A stretch of DNA of 60,095 nt from Candidatus Kaiserbacteria bacterium. GTDB lineage: Bacteria; Patescibacteriota; Minisyncoccia; Phycocordibacterales; UBA2100. A program made the position numbers and the translations under genes. Location: NCBI GenBank assembly GCA_016217935.1, contig JACRFJ010000010.1, positions 1-60,095 of the forward strand, read 5' to 3'. Of this stretch, positions 24,645 through 33,822 are shown piece after piece; within the stretch, counting starts at the first letter, position 1; every line of letters begins with the position of its first letter. The notes beneath the pieces are model-generated. The model was not told the DNA's origin and did not search any database. It saw nothing but the letters and a program-made list of their open reading frames with translations.

Positions 24645-27167
24645 TTAGTGCACCGTACCGCCGCTTCCACCCGTGGTTGACGATGCAGTCGATGTTGAAG
24701 ATGGTGTGGACGTCTGCACAGGAGCGCTTCCGGATTCTTTATTTATTTCTTGCCAAGCTTTTTTCATCTGCGAGATCGCGCCCTTGTCGTCCTTCATTTT
24801 CTTTCGAGTGGCTTCTGCAACATCTTTGTTGATACCGAGTGTACGTCCGAAGATGCCCGCTTCATGTGCGGCAACGATATCAGCAACTGCGCCGGCACTT
24901 TCATTGACTGCCTTTACTGCGTCAGTTTTCATTTGCTCCAACTTCTGCTGCGTCTCTGTCTTGTATGCAGTAAGATTTTGTTTCGCATCTTCGTGCTGCA
25001 TCCTCGATTCTGCAGCAGAGAGTTCGAGTGCCGTGCCATCTGCTTTGCGGATTGTGTATTGCTTCGTGTCGAGTGAAGCGAGCTTACCTTTGGCGTCGGC
25101 GAGCTTTTCCTGCGCTTCGCGAATGCGATTCTCCTGTTCGTCGAGTCCACGCTGGTGCTGGATTTCAGCCTCACGCCTACGCGCGGGGTCTGCACTCGCC
25201 ATCTCAGCTTTGTACTGATTTTCAATTACAACTTTCCTGCTGTCAGCGTCTCTCAGTGTCGCCTCGTGACGCTTGGTTTCCGTTTCAAGCGGCTTGGTCT
25301 CCACCTCACTGGCGCTTCTCACTAATTTGATATTTTCCTCTGCCGACTTTTGAAGCGTTTCGCGCGTGAGACGTCCTTCTTCGCGTTGCGCCTGCACTAC
25401 CCTTTCGGCTGTCTCGCGCGCCTCCCTGATCTGCTCCCTCGACGGTTGTCCTGCTTTTCCGGCGATTTCCGCCGCGTGTTTGGCGAGATCTTTGACTTGG
25501 TCTGCATAGCCCTTTGTTTCTTTTCCGGACTTGCCGATGTCGAGGCCAAGCTGTTTGCCGATCACTTGAACTGCTGCGACATCCCCGAGATTGTATTTGC
25601 TGTTGGCAAATTTACCTGCTTTCGCGGCCTGGAGCGATTTTTCTCCGGAAAGTTTTTCGAGACGTTCAGCCTGGCGAGATTTCTCAGCGGCAAGCGCTTC
25701 CTCGCCCCTGAAAGTGTGACCGAGCGCTTCAAGCCGTGCTTGCCCTGCCTTGCCACGGATTTTTTCCGACTCTTTCTCCAAACCTCTCTGTTGGCCATAG
25801 AAGAGCTTCCCAGCAGTTTGGCGCAAAACTGGCGCTGCGATTCCTGCACCGAGCCGGAGCGGGAGCGATGTGAGGAAATTGAATCCGCCAATTGTCGAGG
25901 AGAGACTGCTCGCGACTTTCAGCGATGCAAAGAGGAGGCCGATCACAATCACGTACGAGAACATTGCGTTCCAATTCGATACATTCTTGGCATCCCCGAT
26001 GAGTCCCCCGAGCGTGCCACCTTGCGCGTGCGGCATCGCATTTGCAAGCGTAAGCGTCGCCCACAGGAGCATCATAAGGAGTGGGGCGAAGACCGTTGTT
26101 TTTATGAGCGCAGTCCACCAGGCATTCCATCCAAATTTTTGTCCCGCTCCTTCAGTCGATAGCTGGGGCACGAGAAATGTCGCAAACGCGAGCGATGATG
26201 TGATCATCAAAAATACGAGGTAGATTGCACGGCTCACCAGGAGCAAGCAGCCGTACAAAATGACACCCGCTGCTACAAAGAGGAGCGTTCCCGCGAAGAG
26301 GCCGTGCATGAGTGCGACCCATCCGCCACCGTCGGGGTTGTTTCCGATGCCCTCCAGCTTTTTCCGCACGTCGAGAACGCTCGTGACGCCGAGCGCTTTT
26401 ACGAATGCACCGGCGATTCCGTCTTGCGGGAGCGCGAATGAAGCATCCGCCGCCACTTGGTTTGAGGCGAGCTTTGGTCCCGCGGGGTCGACGATCTGCT
26501 GTCCGAGGCTCGCTCTATAGAATTGAAACGCGAGGAAGTTCGATCCGTCGATGATCACTTTCGTAAAGAGTAGACTAAAGTTGATAAGTACAGCAACAAT
26601 GAGAACGCGAGCTATCAATTTCTTCTGACCGAATTTCTCGAGGCCGAGAATGATAGAAATCGCGATAAACGCGAAGAATCCGATAATCAGAATATTCGAA
26701 ATGTCACGGAAAACGGTCCACACGGTATTAATCCCTGTCTGCACACTCGTCGTCAGAAACCCATTTGCGCTATCCCCAAACGCGACAATGGTGTAATACG
26801 TGAGCCAGTTAAAGAGAAGTGTCACAAGCTCCAAGAGGTATGCAGTGAGTGCAACAAGCATCGTGCCAATCGTGACGCTGATGACGCGTCCCCAACAACG
26901 CGTGTCGAAGAAGTCGACGATCCGATCGCACTGCGTATTGCCGAGGCCGTTCAGCGCATTGCTCTTCTCCAGCTCTACTTTGGTGAGACATCGACCCTCA
27001 CCGCTCGGCTCAACCCGATAGGTGCTTCCATCTGTGCAGTCGGCTTGACTGGTAGGAGGCTCCGCCGCGTGCACGGGCGACGGTGTTGCTGTCACGAATG
27101 CGAAGCAGAGTGCGATAACAGCAGAGCCGAGGAGCATCTTCTTCGTTACATCTGTACAGTACTGCAT
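24645..27167 (-). CDS. VirB6/TrbL-like polytopic membrane protein with ~370-aa C-terminal coiled coil
   Basis: Has a signal/anchor plus a Cys-containing ectodomain, then about 7-8 TM helices (for example ILIIGFFAFIAISIILGL and LLFVAAGVILYGCLLLV), then a long Lys/Glu/Ala-rich helical region. A possible alternative start is M11 (27137). Confidence 0.65.
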   Translation of the reverse strand: MQYCTDVTKKMLLGSAVIALCFAFVTATPSPVHAAEPPTSQADCTDGSTYRVEPSGEGRCLTKVELEKSNALNGLGNTQCDRIVDFFDTRCWGRVISVTIGTMLVALTAYLLELVTLLFNWLTYYTIVAFGDSANGFLTTSVQTGINTVWTVFRDISNILIIGFFAFIAISIILGLEKFGQKKLIARVLIVAVLINFSLLFTKVIIDGSNFLAFQFYRASLGQQIVDPAGPKLASNQVAADASFALPQDGIAGAFVKALGVTSVLDVRKKLEGIGNNPDGGGWVALMHGLFAGTLLFVAAGVILYGCLLLVSRAIYLVFLMITSSLAFATFLVPQLSTEGAGQKFGWNAWWTALIKTTVFAPLLMMLLWATLTLANAMPHAQGGTLGGLIGDAKNVSNWNAMFSYVIVIGLLFASLKVASSLSSTIGGFNFLTSLPLRLGAGIAAPVLRQTAGKLFYGQQRGLEKESEKIRGKAGQARLEALGHTFRGEEALAAEKSRQAERLEKLSGEKSLQAAKAGKFANSKYNLGDVAAVQVIGKQLGLDIGKSGKETKGYADQVKDLAKHAAEIAGKAGQPSREQIREARETAERVVQAQREEGRLTRETLQKSAEENIKLVRSASEVETKPLETETKRHEATLRDADSRKVVIENQYKAEMASADPARRREAEIQHQRGLDEQENRIREAQEKLADAKGKLASLDTKQYTIRKADGTALELSAAESRMQHEDAKQNLTAYKTETQQKLEQMKTDAVKAVNESAGAVADIVAAHEAGIFGRTLGINKDVAEATRKKMKDDKGAISQMKKAWQEINKESGSAPVQTSTPSSTSTASSTTGGSGGTVH

Positions 27168-27171
27168 ATCG

Positions 27172-28770
27172 TTATCGCCACGCCCGATCCCATCGATCGA
27201 TGACGGCTGCGTTGTTCACATTGCACCATCCCTTGGTCGCGTCTGTCGAATCTCCCCAGAGCTTCACCGTATCCGACACGAGCGTATCCATCGACTGCTT
27301 CACCGCAGATTGTGACTGCTGGGCTTGCTGCACATCGGCCGAATTGTGCAGGCGCCTTTGAGAAATCAGCATATCGATCTGCTGAAGCGCGAGTCGTTGC
27401 GCGGTGATCGATGCGGTGTTGGTGACACCTGCGATGAGTTGGCCTATAAGTGTGAGCGCATTTTGTGAGACCGTGATGTTGTTTGCGGTCGTTTCAGCGA
27501 GTGGACGGATCTGGTCGTCAACGATCGGTTGCGAGAATTGTGTCGACGTTGCGATTTTGAGTTGGTTGCCACTCTTTCCGGAACATTTGCCGCCGGTCGG
27601 AGTTGAGGCACAGACATTTTGAATGATGAGATCCCAACATTTGCTCTCGGCGCCACGAAGTGACGAAATTGCGCCTGCAAGTGTCGCAGCGATCGCATTC
27701 ATTGCAGATCCGTACACTCTCTCGATCTCTTGTGCGCCAAGGAGCGTCTGTAGTGCTGCGTTTGCCGCCGCGTTGCGAAGTCCCGTGGAAGATTCTTGCG
27801 CCAATCGATCGAGGTACGAGAGCTGTCCCGACGAAGCTTGCGTCAAGCCGAGGAGGCCTTGCGTGTCGGCAACCGCCTGGTTGGCGATCCCCGCATAGAG
27901 GGCACCCACCATCTGTCCGATGTCGTTGGCATTGCGCAGCTGGGTGTACCCAGACTGCAGCGAAAGAATTTCATTCTGGAGGATGATGGACCCCGGCGTA
28001 TTGACCACCGGATTTCCGTACGCATCCAAGGTTTCCCGCGCGTATGTTCCTTGGTACCAGCCGAGTTTCAAGAGCATCTCATCAACTCTGTTCTGTCCGA
28101 TGTCTCCGATTACTTGTCTTCCTGATTCGTATGCGTAGAGCGGATCGCACGCTGGATTTTGTACCGCCTCAAGCGCGTCAATAATCGATCCCTTCGGACG
28201 GCCACTGTAGAGACCCGCAAGATCAGTATACGCACATGAGAGTACGGTGTTTCCGCGTCGCGTGTTTGTTACGTATCCTTTCGCGACAGCTCGTTCGACC
28301 GTACCGCGAATTGTCGGGTTGACTGTCGCGAGCACGCCGCTCTGGAGCCCGTTCAATACACCGGCATCTCTCGCTTCGAGTTGTTCTTTTCCACTTTGGT
28401 AAAAGAGTGGTTTGCCATCGCGACCCGTCGTGAAAAGCAACTGCATTTGCCGATCATATGCAGAGGCAGCGGCTTCTTTCTGGCGATTGAGCACCTCGCG
28501 CAAAATACACTCTTTGTATACGAGGATGCCGGTGTTCAGCGTCACCGCTGCATCGGAAACGGGTACATAGACTCCCTGGATTGCGACTTGCGAGCCGACA
28601 CTTTGCGAATACGAATTATTGCGGTTGCACCCGAAGATACCATCGCGCTGGAACGAGTAGTTCACCGTCTGAACGCCTGCCTGTGGCGCCTGAGTTGTTT
28701 GTGCGCCCGCAAGCAGCGGCGCGATGAATGCGATGGCGAACGATGCAAAGATGGCTCGAGGTGCACTCAT
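27172..28770 (-). CDS. secreted Cys-containing protein (532 aa), function unknown
   Basis: Has a signal peptide (MSAPRAIFASFAIAFIAPLLAGAQ), about 10 Cys and no other TM helix. It has an ATGA overlap with the upstream gene. Confidence 0.7.
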   Translation of the reverse strand: MSAPRAIFASFAIAFIAPLLAGAQTTQAPQAGVQTVNYSFQRDGIFGCNRNNSYSQSVGSQVAIQGVYVPVSDAAVTLNTGILVYKECILREVLNRQKEAAASAYDRQMQLLFTTGRDGKPLFYQSGKEQLEARDAGVLNGLQSGVLATVNPTIRGTVERAVAKGYVTNTRRGNTVLSCAYTDLAGLYSGRPKGSIIDALEAVQNPACDPLYAYESGRQVIGDIGQNRVDEMLLKLGWYQGTYARETLDAYGNPVVNTPGSIILQNEILSLQSGYTQLRNANDIGQMVGALYAGIANQAVADTQGLLGLTQASSGQLSYLDRLAQESSTGLRNAAANAALQTLLGAQEIERVYGSAMNAIAATLAGAISSLRGAESKCWDLIIQNVCASTPTGGKCSGKSGNQLKIATSTQFSQPIVDDQIRPLAETTANNITVSQNALTLIGQLIAGVTNTASITAQRLALQQIDMLISQRRLHNSADVQQAQQSQSAVKQSMDTLVSDTVKLWGDSTDATKGWCNVNNAAVIDRWDRAWR

Positions 28771-29588
28771 GGTCTTTTTTGCCCGTAGTACGATGCGAGC
28801 CCATCGTACGAGGTGTACATATCGGCTTCTGCTTTATTGTATGAACGCAGGAGTGCTGCGATGGCAAACGGATCATCCGGATGCGTCGCTATCGCGTCGA
28901 GCGTTGCCCCAAATTCCTGCGTCGCGTTGAGGATCGCCACATGGTAATTCACTGCATCTTTAGGCACTGTCATGAGCGCGAGATTTTCAACTGCCTTGTG
29001 ATAGTGCACGGATGCGTGTTGGAGTCGCGCGAGGTTGTCGGTGTCGCTTGTTTCGATGTAGCGTGCGTAGATGTCGAGTTCGTTTTCGGTGTTTTCAAGT
29101 AGCGGTGCGAGCGCTTCTCGTAAATCAGCGCGATAGGTGAGCATGCGATCAAAGGAAGTGTCGTTGTCAGTTTTGATATCGATTACTCCATACGTTTTGT
29201 AATTCAGAATCGCCTTCACGTTCGGCGCGATTGACTCCGCAGCTTTTGCGAACGCTTCTGACGAATACGTACCACTCCCTGCGAGTCCGGCAAAGGTGCC
29301 GATCAACTGTCCGATCACTGACGGGCCGATGAGTGCGATCGGGTCGCCGGCGGAGGCTGCGTTGGGATCACTCGTCGTCGCGAGGCCAAGCAGTGTCATC
29401 TCCTGCTGCCAGTTAGCACCCGGTGTTGGAGAAGTTCTTTCTGATACTGAGGCGTGTGCAGTTACGGTGCGTGCCTGCGTGAGTGAGACGATGCGCCAGG
29501 CGCTCATTCCGAGGAGCGTGAGAAAAGCACAGAGAGCCGTCATGCCAATAGGAGAAGACTTGCGTATGAGAGAGCGCAGTTTTTCCAC
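28767..29588 (-). CDS. membrane-anchored helical protein, function unknown
   Basis: Has an N-terminal TM helix (MTALCAFLTLLGMSAW). Its C-terminal helical domain is distantly similar to that of the next gene upstream. The ORF opens with GTG 29588, and ATG 29543 is an alternative. Confidence 0.65.
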   Translation of the reverse strand: MEKLRSLIRKSSPIGMTALCAFLTLLGMSAWRIVSLTQARTVTAHASVSERTSPTPGANWQQEMTLLGLATTSDPNAASAGDPIALIGPSVIGQLIGTFAGLAGSGTYSSEAFAKAAESIAPNVKAILNYKTYGVIDIKTDNDTSFDRMLTYRADLREALAPLLENTENELDIYARYIETSDTDNLARLQHASVHYHKAVENLALMTVPKDAVNYHVAILNATQEFGATLDAIATHPDDPFAIAALLRSYNKAEADMYTSYDGLASYYGQKRP

Positions 29589-29653
29589 AATAGAAGTATA
29601 ACCTGCGAAAGTGCTCGCAGGCCGAAATATCCAGTTTTTCTGCGGATCCGAGT

Positions 29654-30535
29654 CTAAAAACTTCCCTGCGTGAATGTAAACACACTACCAGAGTCCTCGG
29701 AGCTGAACCGGATACCACGCGTCGAGAAAAGCAGTGCGAGTGCGACATATTTTTTGGTAAGCATCTCTGCGGCGGAGTTGTATGCGGTTATCGCGGCGAT
29801 GAACGCCTGGTCACCTTCCGTGTCCGGGATCTTGGTGAGTGCCGCTCCCGCGTCTCTGTACCCTTTGGCAAGTGCCGTGTGCGCACTCTGAACTCCTGCA
29901 GGCACGGGCTCGAGGCCTTGCATACTCTCACCAATGCTTGAAAGCGAGCGTCCCAGGTGTCGAACGGCATCGCCTTTCGCTTTGTCTTCTCGGTCTTCAA
30001 CCTGCCCTTTCAAGACCTGGATCATGGAAGTATTTTGCGAGTCGAACGCTTGGATGAACGTGCCGACATTATTGCCGTAGTCGAAGAGCTCCTGCTCACT
30101 CTCGCTTCTGGTGCGTACTGAAGAGGCGCTGAGGAGCCCCGTTGGAATGAGTGAGTACGGATCGAGGGTTGTAACGCCGTTTCCGCTTACGCGCGAGTTC
30201 TCCACACTCTTCTTCGAGGTACCGGAGAGTTGGGCAAGAAAATCTGAGAAGTTGAATCCTTGATTGCCACTCGTCGCAATCGTAATACTGGATGTCCCCG
30301 GCTGCGTATACGGCCCGGCTGTGCTCGTGTTTGATCTATCGGGTTGCGGGATTTCGGTTGTATTTCTTGGGATGTATGCAGATGGATCAAAGAGCGTCGT
30401 CCCTCCCCCCCACGCGCTCGATTGCGATGCCGGAGTTGCGAGCGATCGTCGCTGGATCATAATCGTTCCGATCAAGATCAAGATGAGTGCGCCAATCACT
30501 GCAGCAATGTATGGATGCGCCTTGATTCTCCCCAT
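29654..30535 (-). CDS. membrane-anchored helical protein, function unknown (first gene of operon)
   Basis: Has an N-terminal TM helix (YIAAVIGALILILIGTIMI), a Ser/Thr/Pro-rich linker and a helical C-terminal domain. Confidence 0.7.
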   Translation of the reverse strand: MGRIKAHPYIAAVIGALILILIGTIMIQRRSLATPASQSSAWGGGTTLFDPSAYIPRNTTEIPQPDRSNTSTAGPYTQPGTSSITIATSGNQGFNFSDFLAQLSGTSKKSVENSRVSGNGVTTLDPYSLIPTGLLSASSVRTRSESEQELFDYGNNVGTFIQAFDSQNTSMIQVLKGQVEDREDKAKGDAVRHLGRSLSSIGESMQGLEPVPAGVQSAHTALAKGYRDAGAALTKIPDTEGDQAFIAAITAYNSAAEMLTKKYVALALLFSTRGIRFSSEDSGSVFTFTQGSF

Positions 30536-30541
30536 GTATAA

Positions 30542-30556
30542 ATCATAGCGTATAAT
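30542..30556. promoter_or_regulatory. back-to-back -10 boxes in a 27-bp divergent spacer
   Basis: On the plus strand, TATAAT (30551-30556) lies 6 nt before ATG 30563. On the minus strand, TATGAT (30542-30547) lies 6 nt before ATG 30535. No recognisable -35 or SD is present on either side. Confidence 0.4.
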
Positions 30557-30562
30557 TTATGC

Positions 30563-30874
30563 ATGCGTGTCGCGACTCTCACTGTGATTGCATCTCTTCT
30601 CTTTCCCGTAGCCGTATTCGCGTTTCCGTTCGGTGGTCAGGTGGGTCAAGTGGTCAACTGTTACAACCAAGCGATCTGGGCTCGCGTGGGGCCACCGATT
30701 GGCGGCGACTACGTCTGGACCCCATCGACACAAACGTACCGTTTTGGTGCACCCTCGCATCCGGGACAGTGGCTCCTCGGTCTCGCGTCGGTCCCCTATT
30801 ACTGCTTGGTTTCCGTTATACCGATCATCATCTATCCGGGCATCACGATTCAAATGATGGGCAGTTCTCAATAG
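30563..30874 (+). CDS. small secreted/anchored protein (103 aa), function unknown
   Basis: Has a signal peptide (MRVATLTVIASLLFPVAVFA), then FPFGGQVGQVVNCYN...GQWLLGL...YYC and a hydrophobic C-terminus. It is divergent from the operon and followed by a strong terminator. Confidence 0.6.
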   Translation: MRVATLTVIASLLFPVAVFAFPFGGQVGQVVNCYNQAIWARVGPPIGGDYVWTPSTQTYRFGAPSHPGQWLLGLASVPYYCLVSVIPIIIYPGITIQMMGSSQ

Positions 30875-30899
30875 AAAACGATGCCTGCGCATCGTTTTC
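30874..30899 (+). terminator. intrinsic terminator GAAAACGATGC-CTGC-GCATCGTTTTC + TTCTTG
   Basis: 11-bp perfect stem starting at the stop codon of the 30563 gene. Confidence 0.7.
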
Positions 30900-31041
30900 T
30901 TCTTGTGAACTGAACCGGAGCGATGTGCGGCAAGCGTGCCGCACTGCGAGGTGGGGCCGCGACCGAGCCGCGTGACGACGCGGCGAGAGTTGTGGCCGAG
31001 CCAGCAGCAAAGCGGCGAGCAAAATATTTGTGACCAAGCAG

Positions 31042-31803
31042 TCACTGCGCGAGCTTTTTCCATTGTTCGAGCGAGACGTCTTCTGCGCGAGCTTTTTCAG
31101 CAATGCCTGCAGCCTCAAGATGCTGCTGAACGGTCGCCCTGTCGAATAGAGCAGAAAGATTGTTGGCGACAAATTTCCGTCTCGATGCAAACCCCGCTCG
31201 TACAACAGCGAAGAAACGCTCTTCGGAAATTTCTCTAAAGAAACTCTTCGCGATATCGGCTATCAGCAGAATTGCCGAATCCACTTTTGGTGGTGGAGAA
31301 AAGTGCGTGCGCGAAACCTTCTCGACAATCTTTGGTATCCCGTACGCTTTCACCGAAATCGAGAGGATGCTTTCTTTTTTGCTCACAATCCGCTGAGCCA
31401 CTTCTTTCTGTACGAGGAGCGCCATTGCACGCGGCTGTGCATCGGTCGAAAGAAACTGACGAATGATCTCGCCGGTAATGTAGTACGGAATATTGGCTGC
31501 AACTACATACGATCCTGCGTGAAGTCCGAGCTGCTCCGGAGTGATATCTCTGATATCCGCGGAGATGATCTGTAATCTTCCTGAATCGAGTTCAGTGGCG
31601 AAGGTTTCGCGCAGCTTCGCTACGAGCGTCTCGTCTTTTTCGATTGCGATCACGGAGCTAAGCGCGAGGAGTTCGCGCGTGAGGACGCCTTTACCCGGAC
31701 CGATCTCGACGATTGTCTCTCCTGCTCGAGGTGCCGCCGCATGCGCGAGTTTGCGCGCCGCCCACGTGTGCTTCAAAAAATGTTGACCAAGGCGGGAACC
31801 CAT
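31042..31803 (-). CDS. rsmA: 16S rRNA (adenine1518/1519-N6)-dimethyltransferase RsmA/KsgA
   Basis: Carries LGQHFL, VEIGPGKGVLT (SAM site) and ANIPYYIT. The start is ATG 31803 (MGSRLGQHFL), although the ORF opens at TTG 31818. Confidence 0.9.
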   Translation of the reverse strand: MGSRLGQHFLKHTWAARKLAHAAAPRAGETIVEIGPGKGVLTRELLALSSVIAIEKDETLVAKLRETFATELDSGRLQIISADIRDITPEQLGLHAGSYVVAANIPYYITGEIIRQFLSTDAQPRAMALLVQKEVAQRIVSKKESILSISVKAYGIPKIVEKVSRTHFSPPPKVDSAILLIADIAKSFFREISEERFFAVVRAGFASRRKFVANNLSALFDRATVQQHLEAAGIAEKARAEDVSLEQWKKLAQ

Positions 31804-31870
31804 CGGGGCAAGTATCAAGGATCAGGTACCAAGTAGCAAGGAATCGGTGCGAACGTAATTCAATGGCCAG

Positions 31871-31904
31871 ATACTATTTCTACGCTATAGCGTAGAAATA
31901 GTAT
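31871..31904. repeat. 34-bp perfect palindrome ATACTATTTCTACGCTA|TAGCGTAGAAATAGTAT (copy 2 of 2)
   Basis: Has the same core as 849-890, with a compensatory A/T swap that keeps the palindrome perfect. It lies 10 nt after the uvrD stop and upstream of rsmA. Confidence 0.95.
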
Positions 31905-31914
31905 GACAGGACCT

Positions 31915-33816
31915 TTATTCAATGACTCCCTCACCGACGCCGGTCGCCCCGGGACGGATGCGCGAAACGAGTCGCTCATCGATATCGTCGAGAAATTCGG
32001 AGGGCAACGTGCGCTCGCGCGAGCCGTACCGCATTCTGTCTCCCGACCAACTGAGAAAGAGTCGCTTCCGGGCACGTGTGAGCGCTACATAAAAGAGACG
32101 TCGCTCCTCTTCTGGATCGCGTCCGCCAGCTGGCGGATTGTCTTCCCGAATCGATGGAAAGAGCCCCTGCTCGAGCCCAGTCACAAACACGGCGTCGAAT
32201 TCAAGGCCTTTGGACGCATGAATCGTCATGAGTGAGACTGCATCCCGCTTCTCGTCGAGCTCATCCTGGTCGCTCTGGAGTGCGGCCTCCTCGAGAAGTT
32301 TCTCGATGCCGACCGATGGCGCCTCAAAATCGTACCGAGTTGCAAAATTGACGAACTCGCGAATGTTGTCAAGGCGTTCGCGTCCCTCATCAGTACCATG
32401 GTAGTGCTTCTGCATGCCAGAGGCTTCAAGTACGTAGGCGACGGCTTCGGATGGTGGAAGAGTTTCTATTCCTTTTTTGATATGTAAGAGCGCGTTACGG
32501 AACGCGGCGACTTTTGCGGCCGCCGCTTTCGGCAATTCGATTTCTTTTCCATCGAGCATTTTCTCCAGCGTCACTTTGCCGATTCCGCGTGGAGGGACTC
32601 CTGCGATGCGAAGCAAATCGACGCGACTTTTTGGATTGAGTGCAGCGCGCAGGTACGAGAGTGTATCCTTCACCTCTTTGCGTTCGAAGAAGCGCACGCC
32701 GAGGACTTGGTAGGGCACATCGTGACTGAGCATTGCTTCTTCGAGGACACGTGATTGAAAGTTTTCACGGTACAGCAGCGCGATCTCGCCTGCGCGCGTG
32801 CCACCCTCGATCATTTCACGCGCGACTTGCGCGACAAACCACGCTTCGTCGATTTCGTTGATTGCCGCGTAGAGTCCGATTGATTCTCCCGTCCCGTTTT
32901 CTGTGAACAGTATTTTCGGTTTACGGCGCTTGTTTTTCTCGATCACCGTGTTCGCCGCAGTCAAAATGGTGCGTGTCGAACGGTAATTTTGTTCGAGGAG
33001 GACAACCTTGGTCCCGGAGAACGCATCTTCAAATCCCATCAGATGTGCGATATCAGCTCCACGCCAACTGTAGATGTTCTGATCGATATCACCGACTACA
33101 CAGATATTACGTGTTTCCCCCGCGAGGATCCGTGCGATCTCATACTGCGCGCGATTGGTGTCTTGGTATTCATCGATCGTAATGTAGCGCCACCGATTCT
33201 GTAGGCGTGCACGCACTTCGTGTGAACTCGTGAGTACCTGCAGAGTACGAAAAAGCAAATCGTCGAAATCGAGCGCGTCTTCTTCGCGCAAAGCTTTCTC
33301 ATACATATCCCACGCTTGTGAGACCGCACGTTCGCGGAAGGTGCGCGCACGCTCCGCGTATTCGTGGCGCGAAACACCGTCTCCTTTTTCGCGCGAGATC
33401 GTTGCCAAGATGTTCCTCGGTGGCCACTCCTTGATGTCCAGTTTTTCGAGTGCCGCCTTAATCGATCGGACGCTGTCATCGCGATCCCAAATCGTAAACG
33501 ATCGAGGTAACTGGGCTTCCCTGTGGAATTCGCGCAAAATTCGTACGCCGAGCGCGTGGAAGGTGGCGACAAGGGGCATTCCTTTGCCGCCTGCGACAAG
33601 AGTTCGGATTCGATCGTGCATTTCACCGGCAGCTTTGTTGGTAAACGTGACCGCGAGAATCTCGTGTGGTGCGATGCCACGCTCTATCAAATGCGCAATG
33701 CGATGCGTAATGGTCTTGGTTTTTCCTGCCCCTGCCCCGGCGATGATAAGGAGTGGTCCTTCGGTATGCAGCACGGCTTCTTTTTGCCGATCATTGAGAC
33801 CCTCAAGATATTTCAC
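31915..33816 (-). CDS. UvrD/PcrA-family ATP-dependent DNA helicase
   Basis: Carries IIAGAGAGKTKT (motif I), ITIDEYQDTN (motif II) and SF1 motifs through TIHASKGLEFDAVF and YVALTRAR. It starts with GTG (33816). Confidence 0.93.
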   Translation of the reverse strand: MKYLEGLNDRQKEAVLHTEGPLLIIAGAGAGKTKTITHRIAHLIERGIAPHEILAVTFTNKAAGEMHDRIRTLVAGGKGMPLVATFHALGVRILREFHREAQLPRSFTIWDRDDSVRSIKAALEKLDIKEWPPRNILATISREKGDGVSRHEYAERARTFRERAVSQAWDMYEKALREEDALDFDDLLFRTLQVLTSSHEVRARLQNRWRYITIDEYQDTNRAQYEIARILAGETRNICVVGDIDQNIYSWRGADIAHLMGFEDAFSGTKVVLLEQNYRSTRTILTAANTVIEKNKRRKPKILFTENGTGESIGLYAAINEIDEAWFVAQVAREMIEGGTRAGEIALLYRENFQSRVLEEAMLSHDVPYQVLGVRFFERKEVKDTLSYLRAALNPKSRVDLLRIAGVPPRGIGKVTLEKMLDGKEIELPKAAAAKVAAFRNALLHIKKGIETLPPSEAVAYVLEASGMQKHYHGTDEGRERLDNIREFVNFATRYDFEAPSVGIEKLLEEAALQSDQDELDEKRDAVSLMTIHASKGLEFDAVFVTGLEQGLFPSIREDNPPAGGRDPEEERRLFYVALTRARKRLFLSWSGDRMRYGSRERTLPSEFLDDIDERLVSRIRPGATGVGEGVIE

Positions 33817-33822
33817 CGAGGA

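Noticed and set aside
25350-26162. 270-aa plus-strand ORF inside the VirB6-like gene
   Set aside because: It is antisense to a gene with coherent TM and coiled-coil architecture. The product is Arg/Cys/Phe-rich, and no RBS is present.
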